DNA of 64,000 bases. It comes from a virus (taxonomy: Duplodnaviria > Caudoviricetes). A program made the translations under genes and the position numbers. The notes under the pieces were generated by a model. That model saw nothing but the letters and a program-made list of their open reading frames with translations. It was not told the DNA's origin and did no database searches. Shown one piece after another: positions 17,091 through 32,000 of this stretch. Positions within the stretch are counted from its first letter, which is position 1; every line of letters begins with the position of its first letter. The stretch lies in IMG/VR virus record IMGVR_UViG_3300033076_000375, positions 32,001 to 96,000 of that record; one strand, given 5' to 3'.

Positions 17091-20000
17091 TTAAATATTG
17101 TTCATTCGCAAGAACTTCGCAGGTTCAGTATTGCTCAACTGCAATGGAATTTCGAATCTATGATACTCGAATATCTCAGAGTCAGTCCAGAGCATATCAT
17201 AATACTTAGAATCCATGACTTTTGCACTACTCAAGCTAATTATTCTAGAATTAACAGGGTGATGAGTTTGAATTTGAGTTCCATAAGCACCTCTTGTGAT
17301 TCCTAGCAATAAGTTGTTAGTTAAGTCAACTTCTGTAAAGTGAATCTTTTCCCCATTGATTTCAACTGTATCACCACGATATAATGTCAATGTTAGTTCA
17401 TCTCCTACATCAACAAAATCATTGAATACTACTGCGGGGCGTCCTGCAATCATCTTCAAGTGTGTGAAATCATAAGGCACTGTCAATCCCTTTGTAACAT
17501 CAAAAATCATAACCCCAGAAACATCAGAGAAGAAACTATTTGTGAAAGCATACAATGTTCCGTCGTCTAGTTGCTCAACTGTTGAATGTGCCTGTGCTGC
17601 TTCTACTAAGTATTCTGCTTTTGCAACACGAATTTCAGTATCAGCTTCATTGATTTCAGCAACTAACCAAGTAGTATCTTCCGTGTTCATACGGCGAATT
17701 ACTTTATTGTTGTGCTTATCGATTTCGATACGATATGTCTGCTCATTAGGTGCAGCAGAAGAAACCATAGCAGTTGCCATCACAATCTGTCCAGCTTGTA
17801 CTGGATAGTTAACTGACATAACATTGTTATCCCCGAAAGAAACTAGTGAAGGATCAATGCGATTACCGTCGACAGTTACCCAAGCACGTTGACCATTTGT
17901 GTAAACAATCGGAGCCATTGGACTTGGAACTAATGCTACTGGACTAGGGATAGTCAATGAGAAAGTTAATTCATCTGAACTCATAGTTTCATGTGCAGTT
18001 GACATATATTGGCGGGTTATACCATTAAACATAGTAACTGCTACAACTTGACCTGCATCAACTTCATTCAACAGAGTTAATGTGAAAGTGTTTTCATCAA
18101 TCAGGTAGTCATGTAAATCACGGAGACGCTTGCCATCGACTTCGACTATTGCACTTGGAATAGAATTTCTGAAGTTAGGTATAGGTAGTTTAGTAACTTC
18201 TAGGGAAATTACAAACTCTGTGCCACCTTCAGTGAAGAATTGTGTTTCGGGTAATGAAACATAATGTTCATCGATATCATCCGTAGACTTACCTGTTCTA
18301 ACAATAGAATAGACAACATAATCAGTTGCCGCATCATATGTATCCCCCAAAGCAAGTATTAGATGATCCTCATCATTTCTATAGGTTGAGAAATCTAAAC
18401 CAAATGTCAATCTAGTTAAGTGCTCACCTTGTTTTTGTGCATATACAACCGGTTCAATATCTTTACCGTATAACATCGGTAACCCAGTATTAATTGAACT
18501 ATGCCCAGTGTTAATATCATCAAACAATGGCATTGTTTCAGTTGATGCACGTTGACGTTCTACTGCATTACCGAACTCATATAGTTCTAACAACACTGTC
18601 TTTCCAATTAAATAATCGTCATCAAACGTTACAGTCTTAGTGCACCAGTTCACATGGTATGTGTACGGTAAAGCAGTTGCAGTAAAGTTCTCATACATAC
18701 GAGTCATAGATCCGTCTGTTTCTACAATGAACACTGAAGCTCCGGCACCGTTCGCAACTACTTCATCAAATGTAACGGTTAGTGTCGTGTCTACCACACG
18801 CTTAACTTGAATCATGCTGAATCCAGAAGCATAGTACCAGAACTGTTCACTTCCGTCTCTGTTCCAATAAGCTCCAGGTGCTGATGTAATAGTCATATTA
18901 ACTGTATCTGTAACTACACCAGCAACTAATTCTTCAGGACCATAACCAAACAAGAAGTCATTTCCTTTAACAACATAAGTTGTGTCAGATGCTGTTTGAA
19001 TTAAAATATTTTCCCAAGTGACGCAGTTAGAACTAATACATATTGTTCCTAAAGTACCTGTCAATACAAAATTACCATTCGTAAATGTTACTGTAGTCAA
19101 TATAGAGTTGACTGGAGAAATAGTTTGTTCCCATGCCATACCGTCAGTTGATGTCAATATCACGTCCGAAGCAGTAATAGCTAGGAACATTCCGTTACCG
19201 TATGCAACGTCTATGATATCTGCTGTAACTGTATCACCGATGATAGATGCTTCAATCCATGTTGTAGCATTATCAGTATAAACAATTTTACCAGATTTAC
19301 ATACAACTACTACTATCTCAGAAGTCACTACAAGTGCGACGGGAATGAACTCAGTTGTTACTGGAGAAACAGAAGTCCAATTAATAGAATCAGGACTTGT
19401 CAATAACAATGCAGCAGTTTCCAACTCAGGAGCAGGAGTGTCAGCACCAGAAGTAATAATAATCTGAGAACCGATAGCCAAATAGCCTGTGTATGAGCCA
19501 GTGTCTACATACGCAATGTCAGTAAGTTCTTTATGAATTCTATTCTTATTGCCGATTTGATGTTGAGTTTCCCAAACTAGACCACCGATTGATGTGTCAA
19601 TTTTATATCCAACTGTAAAGAACTTATCGTTGATTACAGTTGAATTTAATATTCCACCCAACTCAACTTGCAGTGATGAATCATCGTAAGAACCATCATC
19701 ATAATCTAGAGTATCAAACGTAGTTCGTTCACCAACGCCGATCCAGCGAACGCCATCAAAGCTAACAAACAATGGGTTACTATCATCACTAGTAGTGATA
19801 GTGTAAATTTCATTAGCGCATGTGAAGCTAGTTACTGGTAGTTCTTTTTCAATTATCTTAGATGATTGCCAAGTTCCTGAAACAGTTTGTGTCAATACAA
19901 ATGTTGAGCCTTGGTATGTAGCAACTGCAACATATTTTGTATCAACAAAGACAACACCCTTCACATCAGCTTCGCTGTTAGTAAACAAGTTGTCTGTCAA

Positions 20001-23000
20001 TATAACATCTTCATCGACTATATCTTCAGGGGCAAATTTATTACCGAAGTAAACTGTATTTGGATATGTGATTCCTTTCAATAATTGCTGATGGTCTTTC
20101 GGAACCATACCAGCAGTTGGTTGATAGAAACCATCAATACGTTCTAATGCAGTCATTGCAACATCAGCAGTGGTCATCGCTGTCCATTTAGCTGGATCGA
20201 ACTCAGCATCAGAGTTACTTTCTTTACATGCCCAGATTACACCAGCGTAAGAAACCAATGATACCTCATCATGGCGACTAAACACATCACGAACGACCGG
20301 CTCAGGTAAATACGCATAATCGTTTCCTGTTTCACCAAATGCCTGTGTAGCATTCAATGCACCGTTCCAAATAAATCCATTAAATGGAGCTCTACGAATC
20401 ATACCTGCATCAACGTACACGTTGACTTCGGAGTCATTCACTGGTTTTACATAGAATTCATCAAATGTGCCCGCCGCTCTTCCTGATATAGATGCAACTA
20501 AAATTGCACCTGTATTTTCATTAGCATATTTGATTAGAATTGTTGCATCGTTAACACCATCTTGCCCACCTAATTCTGACCCGCTAATTCTTATAGTGTA
20601 GTCATTCATGTAAATGCTACCTGGATTGATGATTTTAATAGTGTATACTTCGGACAAACTATTGCCACCGAATTTAGGTCTGAAGATTTGAATCTCAGCA
20701 CGACCATTAGTACCATCTACAATCGCAGGAGTATAACTCGGTGTTACTTTATAAAATTGCAACAAGGCACCATCAAGTTGTCCAGGTTTAATATTACTGT
20801 AAGTGTAGTCTAGACCGACGACTGCAAAGCCATCTTGATTTCTGACACCAGTTATCGGTAATACGACACCTTGTGAACTTGACAGGATCATAGAAGCACT
20901 ACTTTCTTCTGATGAAGAAGCATCGTTACCTAAACTAGAGTATGGTGATGACCAATATGTATTTGGCTTCCATTCTTTAACTTTGCTAGTATAACTAACT
21001 CTGTCAAATTTAACAGTTGTTTTCAATCCACGAACACCTGTAGTTTTCATTGTAGGTAAAACTTGTGCGGTGACATGAACGTTTAATACATAACCATTTG
21101 TGATGATGTCTTTGTTGAACTGGATACCTTTTTTGTCTGTCTTTGCATCTTTATAAGTTTCAAAGAATGTCAAGATAAAGTTACCACTACCTTGGCTTAC
21201 TTTAACATAGTAAAAACCATTAGCAATGACAGGTGAACCAGTTGTGATAGATTCAACTTTAACAACATCGTATGAACTAATGTTCTGAGATACATCAATA
21301 GAAGTAAACAATGCACTCTCTGTTGTATTAATCAAATTATTAGCGTTTACCGCATCAGAACTGAAGTTATCAAAGGTGTATGTTGCGCTAGGCTCCACGA
21401 TTAGTTCAGGTGTAGTGACATAACCCTCACCCGGTTGAATTACAGTAACACCTACAACTTTATCATCTTGCATGACAGCCTCAAAAATTGCTTCTGAGCG
21501 AGGCTCTGGATAGATTGAAGTATCAATATAAGCAGTAATTTTTGGAGGAAGCTGATAGTTCTTACCAGGATTCAACACGAATACGTCAGGTGTGTACATA
21601 TACACAGGTGTCCCGATATGGTGAATTGATTGTGGTGTATTGTTAGCACCTCTAGTGACACCAATTAACTTACCGAAATGTCTATCGATACTTGTGTAAC
21701 CTATTTGTTCATCACCCAAGAACATGATGCCTTGGTATGGTAGAGTGTAAGCATTCTCAACATATATGTCAGTGGTAGTAGCATCTGCATACTCTACAAT
21801 ATTGGTTATGTGTTGAGCTTCACCGCCCTTAATACTCATACCCAAATTGTTCATCCAATCAAAGTATCTATAATCGCCCCAAACTGCGTCATTGATTGCC
21901 TTTTGATCCGGATTAGATGACACACCAAATACAACTTGCGGTGACACGAACTTACCTGCTTCAAAATCATAGTATGCAGGTAAGTCAAAGTCAGTAACTG
22001 TCCCGTTTACAACGTCAGTTGATGCGTATGTTTCTACAAATTCTTTAATCACTACGCTATAAGGTTTGATTTCGTTGATGTAACCCTCAACTAGCGTAGT
22101 TTCATCAGCTATATACTTTGGTGTTTGCTTCAACGTTCGAACTTTATAGTTTACATCAGCAAACTTGGTCTTGTTTAACCACGGTAGATAGTTATGTGAT
22201 TCAATGTTTTCACTTTGAATGTATTCAAACATCAAAGTTAAACTCTTATTGCGATGATGCTCTAAATCACCTACAAATATTTGTTCGTTAATTGCACGAA
22301 CAATATATCGTGTTTCGGTTGCAGTATTGCTATCATACATTTCCAAATCAAAGAAGCCGTTACCGAAGCCAATTCCTTCCGGTGAGTAGTCATAGACTGT
22401 TGACAAGAATTGATATGTACCATTTTCTAAACCAATACGAACCCACTCAGAATTCTTAACTGTGTATACTTCTCTGTTTCCGTTAGAGTTCTTAGATACA
22501 GAAACAATCAAGTTCTCTACTACTGGAATAGTCTTGAGGTCTTCAAGAGACTCAACTTCAAACTTAGGTCTAGTTTTTTCTGAATATCCCGTTGCCCACC
22601 AGTATGCGTAATCCCAGTATTTTGTAGTATCAACTGTGTCGGTTGCTACGTGCAAGAACGTAGCAGCCGAAGTCTCTGCAACAGGGTACTGGCTCATTAC
22701 GTTGTTAGTGTATTCAATGAAGTTCTTTAGAGCTAACAATCTGTCAACAAACATTGATTGTCTTGGTCTTACACTAACACCTATTTGCATTAATTTAGGT
22801 AGAGAAGCATCGGGTACTGTTGCACCAATTACGTCTTCGCCTGCAAAGCTATCAATATACTTTGCATACAAACCATATGGCTCTGTTTCACCTTTCTTGC
22901 GGTCAGGTAAACCTGGCAAGAAGTCAGTAGAATTAGTGCTGATTAACTTGAATTCTGTATGACCAGATACATCTCTATTTGATGTACTAAATCCAATGTG

Positions 23001-26000
23001 GATACTTGTAGTACCACCGTTGATGAAATCTGCTGAGTTGTATAAACCAAAGACATTAGTTCTCAATGGGGCAACAAACGGAACACCCGATTCTTGTGGA
23101 TATTGAATATAAGTTGCAATAGCAGAATCTGGCAATGTCTTTCCTAGAGAAGCACTTAGAATGTTAGTATTCTTTACCCAGAAATAATATTTTGGAACCA
23201 AAGCATTAGTTGAATCTGTAGTGAATGATACGCTGAACTGTGTCGTATTTAATACTGTACCTGTTCCTGTATAGAGTGCAGGTGTGACATTGCTTTCAAC
23301 CCATGTGTATACCGCAACATCACTTCCAGGGAAAACAACTCCCCAGTATTTGCTATTGTATTGTACATCGGATTTTTGATGATAGTTATAGAATCTGACA
23401 TTGGCTGTGTTGAACCAAATCTTTCCAACTTGGTCTGCACCCCATGAGATAGTAACAGTAGTATCACCATTGTTGTATGCTGCAGGGTCAGATGAGCGAG
23501 TAAAATCAATATTTGCTTCTACTACACTTAATAGTTTACCTTGCAATGGATCAAAATAATCCAATGACGCTTCAGAAACATTGGTTGTGTTATCAAATAA
23601 TTGAATTTTGCTAATCTTGCTAATGTCAACTACTTGTTCTGATGTGCGGTGAACTGACCAGTTAGGTGTGCCTACATCGTTCTTCAAGATTATGACTTTA
23701 CCACCTGTTCCATCAAAGCCAGGAGAGCCTACAACAACACGATTGTTGTTGAAGTCAACTGAACTACCGAACATCGGTGCTGCCCCGTAAACAGTTGCAG
23801 TATCGTTACATGGTTGTGAGTATACATACTTACCCATGTTATCCAATGCTTCTTCGTATGAATCAATATAATCATACATGTATACAGCACCAGCGTTTGT
23901 GAATGATTCTTCCCACAACGTCATGTTGTTATCAAACGCTGTATCAGTGTGGGCAGTAGTTGCATCAGTGTAGTCGAAACGTGTAGCCGCGAATCGTGTA
24001 GATGTTGGGGCACCTACTACAAACGAGTTAGCCTCGTTGTATTTGACTGAGAAACCAAACTTAGTGTTGTGCTCTTTATGAGGAGAAGTAATTGTCTGAG
24101 TCATTGGGTACGGCATCATACCCAACATTGTCCAGAAATTACCATTGAACACACTCAAGTTCAACTTGTTCATGCTTGGTGCCAATGACATGTCACGTAA
24201 ACGAATTACCAATCTACCATCTTCAGTAGCGTATGCAAAAATGTTTGTTATGTTTGATTCATTGATTTTGTTTGCAATGTTGGTTGCTGAACCTAACGGT
24301 GCATATATTTGGGTATCAGAAGAAGTACATGTTACTGAGTACGGGAATTGTTCAGCATACAGAGTCTTTGCATTACCCGTATTAATGTTTTGAACCTGCA
24401 ATGGATTAGTACCGCTCATTGCATCAGAACGTGACGCATACAAGCGAGTTAAAGTAGTACCTGAAATCAAATCTCCTGTATACAATACCGTATTTGCTTG
24501 GTCTAATTGATATAGAGAATATGATTCTATTGTCATCAAACCTGAAACATTTTCTACGTCAGTAAACGACACACTCATGCCCTTAGTAATGTTTCCGGTC
24601 AAACGTACCAAAGTACCATCTTGGACAACTGCATTGCTATCATTAACCGGAGTAGTGTAGCCAGAGATATACCCAACGGTTCCAAAACTAACAACGCCCG
24701 TTGTGGGGTTTACTTTATTATATGCAATATCAAACGTATCATTTGTATTTTTTCTAAATCTAATTACACCAGAAGCAGGTAATAATTTCGCATCGGAAAC
24801 TGAAAGAGTAACAGAAGTAGAATTTGTAGTCACAGATGATTGCATACCAATGACATTGAAAGCGTTAACTTTATAACCATTTAATAACAAATATGTAGGT
24901 TCATTTAATGCCGCCGGTGTTACACCAACAAGCATACCATAACGCTTACCTGGATCAGTAAAGCGATATACTGCACCTTCGTATCCATCAGATGTGAGTG
25001 CGTACGGAGCTCCTACAATAAGTTCAGTGCCGTCACTAGAGCAATCCATTGAATATCCGAACCATTGACCAGAGCGCAATGTGTCAGGGGCTCCGTTGAT
25101 AAATGACCCTGTTTGGACAACCTTAGAATCCTTAATAGTGATGATGTCACCTGCATCAAAGCCGATATGTCCAAAGTAAATTGCGTTTAGTATGAGAACA
25201 TACTGGTTCGTGCGCAATCTTTTTCCATTTTTGTAAACTAGTGCAGAAATGCTTGGATACCACGGTAACACTACAATGTGGGTGCTTGATTTTGGAATAT
25301 CACGTTGTACTTCAAATGTCTGTGACAGTCTATCAAACGCATACATAGTACCTGTTGCAATCTGAGAACCTGATTGATTATGTTTAGGTGCACCAATGAA
25401 CAATTTTGTACCATCATAGTTAGTTGCAATGCTTGCACCAAAATTATCACCGGGTACATAACCAACAACTTCACTAGTCGAGATGATACTTACTAGCTCA
25501 TAGTTCATCGTTGCCAAGTATAACTGAGAACCACTAGGAACACTGTGATTAAACTTGTCCTGAACATAGAATATTGTTTTATTCGTAGCACTAACGTATG
25601 ATTTTGTTAAGACTGTGTAAACTGCGGAGTCATCAAACGATACTTTGTAAACCATTGTACCGGCATTAATAGTTGGGAACTGTGTAGGCACGCCGTTAGT
25701 TAAACCAACCATCAACACTGGCTGTTGCTCGATGTAGAACATAGTCTTATCTTCGTCTGGTAAGTAACTTGATAAAATGACAGTGAACAATGTGTTCTTT
25801 AAATGTGTATTACCAAATGAAACAGTGTCGCCGTTTGATAACAATGATGTTTGGTTACCCGATAATTTGAAAGATTCACGAATATTATCTACTGCATCAT
25901 TTCTGTCCGGTACAAAGTTTTCAGCTAACGGAGCCAACTGTGCAAAGGATGTAGCGAAAGAAATGCGCTGTCCATCTTTAATTGTTTGAGTTGCGTTACC

Positions 26001-29000
26001 GTCTACTGAGAATGAATTCGAGTTAACAGTAATATCAGATGCAAGCGGTAAACCTAGACCTGTCTTCAACAAAGAAGGGTCCAATGAGTACATAAACACA
26101 GAATCATAATTACCGGATTTTGCATTCATAAAGATGTGATTTCCATCACCAGAGATTGCAATAGATTCGCCTACAATATCAGATGCTGCGCCAGCCCAAA
26201 CAATAGTTTGTTCTAATACAGGCTGAGAGAAGCCATCTTCAGTTGCATCACGATAGATGAAAATTTGACTGATAGTTGAATGCGGAGCAGAAATAACAAT
26301 AGTCTTGTTTGCATGTTTGATTGCAGAACCGAAATTAGTACCTGAATATGTAATTGATGACTTTGGATAGTAAACACCATCATCCTTGATAGAAGCAAAT
26401 ACAGTTACAGTACCCTCGGTCTTATCACCGGCAAAGTACCCGATTCCAGGAACGTATGCGACTGCATCACCTAGACTAGATGTAGATGCTTTTTCACCAA
26501 CTTGAGTGTGCTTATAGTTCAATTCTTTCTTGAATACTTTCCAGCTTCCATCACTTGATTGGTCTACCCAGACTTTAGCAGGGTCATACTCACTGTGATT
26601 CAATGGTAGATATGGAATATCTCTAGGTGTGTTAACTCTGTAGCTTTGTAACAAGAACACTAATCCTGAACCAGTAACACTAGTTACAGTCGAATCAACT
26701 GATTTGTAAACAATTAAAGAAGTTAAGCTAGGAACAGATTCAACAACGTGGTAGCCGTCAAAACGTGTGTCGAAATTTTGCAAACCGATGACTTGATTTG
26801 TTAGAATTCCGTGAGGAGCATTGAAAACAATAGTAACAGTGCCATTCAAATTGTTAGAAGCTGAAACTACTTGAGATGCTACCGGAACTGGTGTGAATAC
26901 ATCCCACTTGTTATCTTTGTTTGCTACCCAAATGTAATCGTTTCTGTAGATAGCGTTGATTGCGGCATCATTAAAGTTATCAACTGAATAACCAGTTTCA
27001 ATAACATCGTCAAGATGTACATATCCTGCACTACGTAATACTTCATCAGTGTCTTTTGCTAATTCAGGTAAAATGAATTCATTGGCGAGAGTTCTACCAT
27101 AGTTTGTAACATCACTGAATGCAACTTCTTGGTCTACTCCATCTACACGGGTGTGACTAATCAATGATACTGTTGCAGGATTACTTGATAGTAAACTTTC
27201 TGACAAGCCAAACTGAACGTAATTGTGGTTGTTAATGCCACCGAACTCTGCGTTCTTGATAGCCCAATTTTCATGCACTGTATACTCAACATTTTCACCC
27301 TTGATAGATGCGTTGTTTAACATCGTAGAGGCAGAAGTGGTTCCTTTGACTGAAATCGCTTCAGAGTGCATCTTTACTTGTGATACAGATGACAAGTCTG
27401 CACTAGCCATATAATCACGAGGTCTGTAACCGATTAAAGAGAATCCCAACAAGTCAGAATCTACTGAAATATTAGAACTGTTTAAATCATAGAACATTGT
27501 AGATTCTAATGAGCGGGTTGATTGGTTAGGTAACATACGTTGTTGTACTAAATCGTATGAAGTCTTAACCCAATTTGAAGTCTCAAACGTACTAGATGGA
27601 TTTATGATTGACTTGTTAGCCATCCAATAATCATTCTTGTATTTTACTACTTGACCTTTGATATACTTTGCATTTTGCACCCAGTCAGTAATGCTATCCA
27701 ACGACATAATGAAGCCGGCATTGTTTACATAACCTTGCCACTCATCAGTCTTAGTTCCCTTGACATATAGGCGTTGCTGTCTTAGGCCGGTGACTAAATT
27801 TACAATAGTGTCACCAAATTCTGTTTTATTATCGAATACCACGATATGCTCGATTGAACCTACATGACCAGTGAAATAACTCAACGCATCACCTGCGTTC
27901 AATGCTTTGATTGTCAACTCAGTGCCATTGCGATGAATAGACAAATCAGTTAAAGAAATCGGTAATAAGTTTTGATTCAAAACAAAATTTTGTTTTGACA
28001 ATGTTAATGGCTCAACGATTGCATTCGGAGTATTGATACGAAGGACGTTGGCTGCTGGGTTGACGTTAACCGTGCTTCCAACATCCCATCCTGTTTGAAT
28101 CCAATACAATATTTCAGAAATCATTTGATCCCAATTTAGCTCAACACTATTTTCAGTGTCATCAAATTTCATACCTTGAGATTCTAAGAATAAGCCATAT
28201 CCCTTGACAAACTCTAACAAACTTTCAATAGTTTTAAACTCATGACCGTATGGAATAATAGCAGGTGTCGGAGAATACTTTGTAGCAATCTGTAGAGACT
28301 TTCCGTTTACTGACACGGTTTGATATAAACCAGAAATAGGGGTAAACACTTCAAAGAAAGCATTAGTTAGTTTGTTACCGTATACTCTATACCCGGCATC
28401 AGAGCGTTGGATAATCACTGATGTATATGTGATACTATCTACTGCTTGGTTTCTATGCAACAAGATGCTATAGCTATCTTCAGGAATCAAAGATGCTTTA
28501 GAAGAAGATGCTGAACTATTTTCAGTAAAGAACTTAATCATGTCTTTGTTAGTAAAGCCAGCAACGTTATAAGTCAAACGCACATCGGTGTTGTTGAACA
28601 AAGACTTGATATCTTCAGAACCAATCGAACCACTTTGATTTACATAATCAACAATCCAGTTAATATAGCTATGCGCAGCAGTAGTGTCATCTGTTCCATA
28701 GATTGTAATCTCAGGAGGTGAAATTCTATAACGCTCATTGGTCAAGAATTGATTGAACTTTGCGCTATATTGATAATAATCTAAATCAATGTTCAAGTTA
28801 AAGAATTTAGCAGGGGATTGTAATGCGATTACACGAACTAAATCAAAAGCCCATGCGCTTGATTTTCTGTAAGCGTATTCAGCAGGACCAACATCACCCA
28901 TCATCCACTGTTGTTTGAATGTACCAACATCATAGCTAGAAATGCAATTACCAAACGGAGATACTAAACGACCCTGAGAATCAACTGGAATTATTGACAT

Positions 29001-32000
29001 CAAACCAGGACGAATAGCTGTATCAACGATGTAGCTATTCCCGTTATTCCAAACATAACCGTTGGCAATATCTTGCCACATAATGAGGTTGTCGGATGTG
29101 TACGGAGCTTCCCCGTAATGACTATCCCACCATGTAGGTTTGATAGTTAATCCTAACATTTCCCATGGTGTGAAATGCGGAGTAGTTGTGTCATACAACC
29201 ACAAGTAAATACCTCTCCAACCACCGGCTGCTACAGTAGTGTTGTTTAGTTTAATTTTTGATCCAGAATAGTTCCAAGTCCAGTCATTAGACTGGTCGAA
29301 AGACTGTGATTTATAATCGATTCTATTCATCCCAACCCAATTCATAAATTGAGTCTCATATACACTACTGAACGTAGCTGTTTCATCAGTTGAAGTTCTG
29401 AAGAATCCCGGAACAACATCAGCATATTTGATAGGAGTAGTTTTATTCAACACTTTCAAGTTGTTGAACACACGTTGTTCAAATTCAAACAATACTCTAT
29501 CACGTGCATCAGTCAATACTCCGTTGTTATACTGACCGTACAAGCGGTTATATGAACCGTCATGTCCTTTGATGAACCAAGTAGGTGTCACATAGCTTGA
29601 ATCCAAAACTACTTCTGGGATGAAAGCAGGATATAGACCTAACTTAGTAGGTGTACTTGGAACAAACGAAGCATATGTTTGGTGATATTCATTGATTTCG
29701 ATTTTGTCACCAGGAACCAACTCTTTAGTAATTACTAGTTTTGCTTCATCAGCAGAAACTACATAATCAACAGTTCTAGTTAACTGAGTTGTTACAATAC
29801 CTGTTGCTTCTTTTCTAGTCAAGTAGACCAATACACTTGAGTAGTTTGCATTTTCAAAATCATATATTTTTGTTAGGTTAAATTCAGCATTGTCCAACAC
29901 TGACTTGAACGTATATACTTTTGAAGATGTTTTATTCTTAGCCGGCAACATGTCACTCCAGAAGAATGAATTAGTTGATGTTTTTGGTTCTGTAATGATT
30001 TCTACAACTTCATCTAGCAACCCACTTGCAGTATCGATATAAGTAAAGTCATTATTTTCTAATGTGTTTACTAGTAGTGCTTTGTACTTTGCGTATTCGT
30101 TGCTATTGAATGTAATTGCATCAAAGAAATTGAAGCCGTTATTACGCAAGAAAGCTGCTGGTAATGTTAACGGTGCGCTATTTTGAATGATGCGGGTACC
30201 GTAAGGAACAAGATTAGCTAAATCTCTAAAATTGTTTGCACCAAAGGCTTGACCTGTCAAGCCAGGTGCATTGTTAAACATTGTCTTGTAATGACCTCTC
30301 AAGTCACCCAATGTCAATGCAGTAATTTGCTCATTGTATGGATTGTGATCCAAGTTCAATGGAATTTGATAGTATCCAATTTGACTTGTTAAATCGCTCA
30401 ACAACATAATATCAACTGTAGTACCTACTGATGGGTAGTCAACTAATGTGACAGTCGTTGTTTTTCCGTCAGTAGTTATTGTATAGTCCGCACTTGACTT
30501 ACGAACATTGTCTACATAGACAACACTAGTTGCCCAAGCAGTATCAGAACTAGATTTTACAGGTACATCACAAATGAATGTAGGCTCAAAAGGAGTACCA
30601 GTGTAAACCATATTAAACACTTGATACTGGAAGCTTTCTTCAACCGCAGTCTGCCACCCTAACTGATATTCACCGTCGTTGACTACATAACCTGTTCTAA
30701 CATTCTCTGTTACTTCTTTGCCATTCAAGTTGTACACGAATGTTTCGCTGTTCAACGATACTGTAAATTCGATATCGCCAACGTTCTGAATGAAGTTGTA
30801 TTTTACAGGGAAGTGTAACTCAGGATCGTTTGCACCTGAACCGATACTATATTGGAACAATGTTGACCCGGAGAAAGTTGTAGATGGATAGAAATCCATA
30901 TCACTTAGACTATGTCCATTAGCGTCAACAATATCAAATAACGGCATCTGATTAACATAAGTCTTTTCTTGTGCAGGCAACCAAGATGAGCCATCGAAAT
31001 AATAAATCTTCCCAGACTTAGCACCTGAAGCAACTGTAACTTGATCCATGTACTTGGCTGTTTCAAATGGTGTTAATGTTAATTCTAGGTTTGTTATTAG
31101 ATACGAAGAACCAATGTTATCCCAGTTACTGACAGGGGCAGTAGGATATAAAAGAGTAACTTGTGTATTCGTAGAAGCGACAACTTTATAAGTTCCTTGG
31201 AAAGAACTATTTGCTCCGCTCACCATTGACAAGTATTTGCCTTTAGGAATAACAGTTTCTTGCGCAGGAATAGTGTATGTTACATTTGCACTACCGTCAC
31301 TGTTTACAGTAACGTCCGAACAATTTGTTATTACTACTTGTGCAGAATCAACAGTCTCAGAATAAAAAACTGAGTATACAGTAGTCTTTACCTCAGTGCT
31401 ATTATCATTTGCAAACAAGACTTTTGCACCATTGTACAAAGTACTTAGGGCGCCATCAGGTAAAAAGTCCAATGACCCGGCAACTGTTTTTAACGCATCT
31501 GTTTCTGTGAAATTAATATAAGTGATATTATTAACCGATGATGTGCCTGAATTCATCATCTTGAGATTAGGATAGAATTCAATAATTGGGCGCTTTGCCA
31601 TCAATTCAACATTACCCAAAGCACGTGATGCTAACTTTGCTCCGGGGTTGTGTTCTATGGTTGTTTTCAAAACATCGATATGGAACCAGCGATTGCCACG
31701 TGACCAAGCGTTTTTATTCTTACTATTACGAGCAATAGTAATATAATCTTTTTCGATAGGTAAGAATGTTGTTCCGTTGAAGGGTCCAACATCATATGGT
31801 TGTCCATCATAGTCAGAACTTTCTGCATAAGCAAAACGTTCAGGAACAATTAGTTCAGAGATAGGAACTAACTCAATACTTGTACCAACACCTTCAACAT
31901 AATATTGCCCTGTTGCATATTCTGTCGGATAGATATTACCTGCAAACTCAACTTTCAACCCGTTAGAAAAAACAACTCCGTTTGGGCTTGTGTAAGTTTG

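Noticed and set aside
16929-17306. + strand ORFs of 125 and 78 aa
   Set aside because: Antisense to the giant gene's end and to the 49-aa microprotein, which has better expression signals
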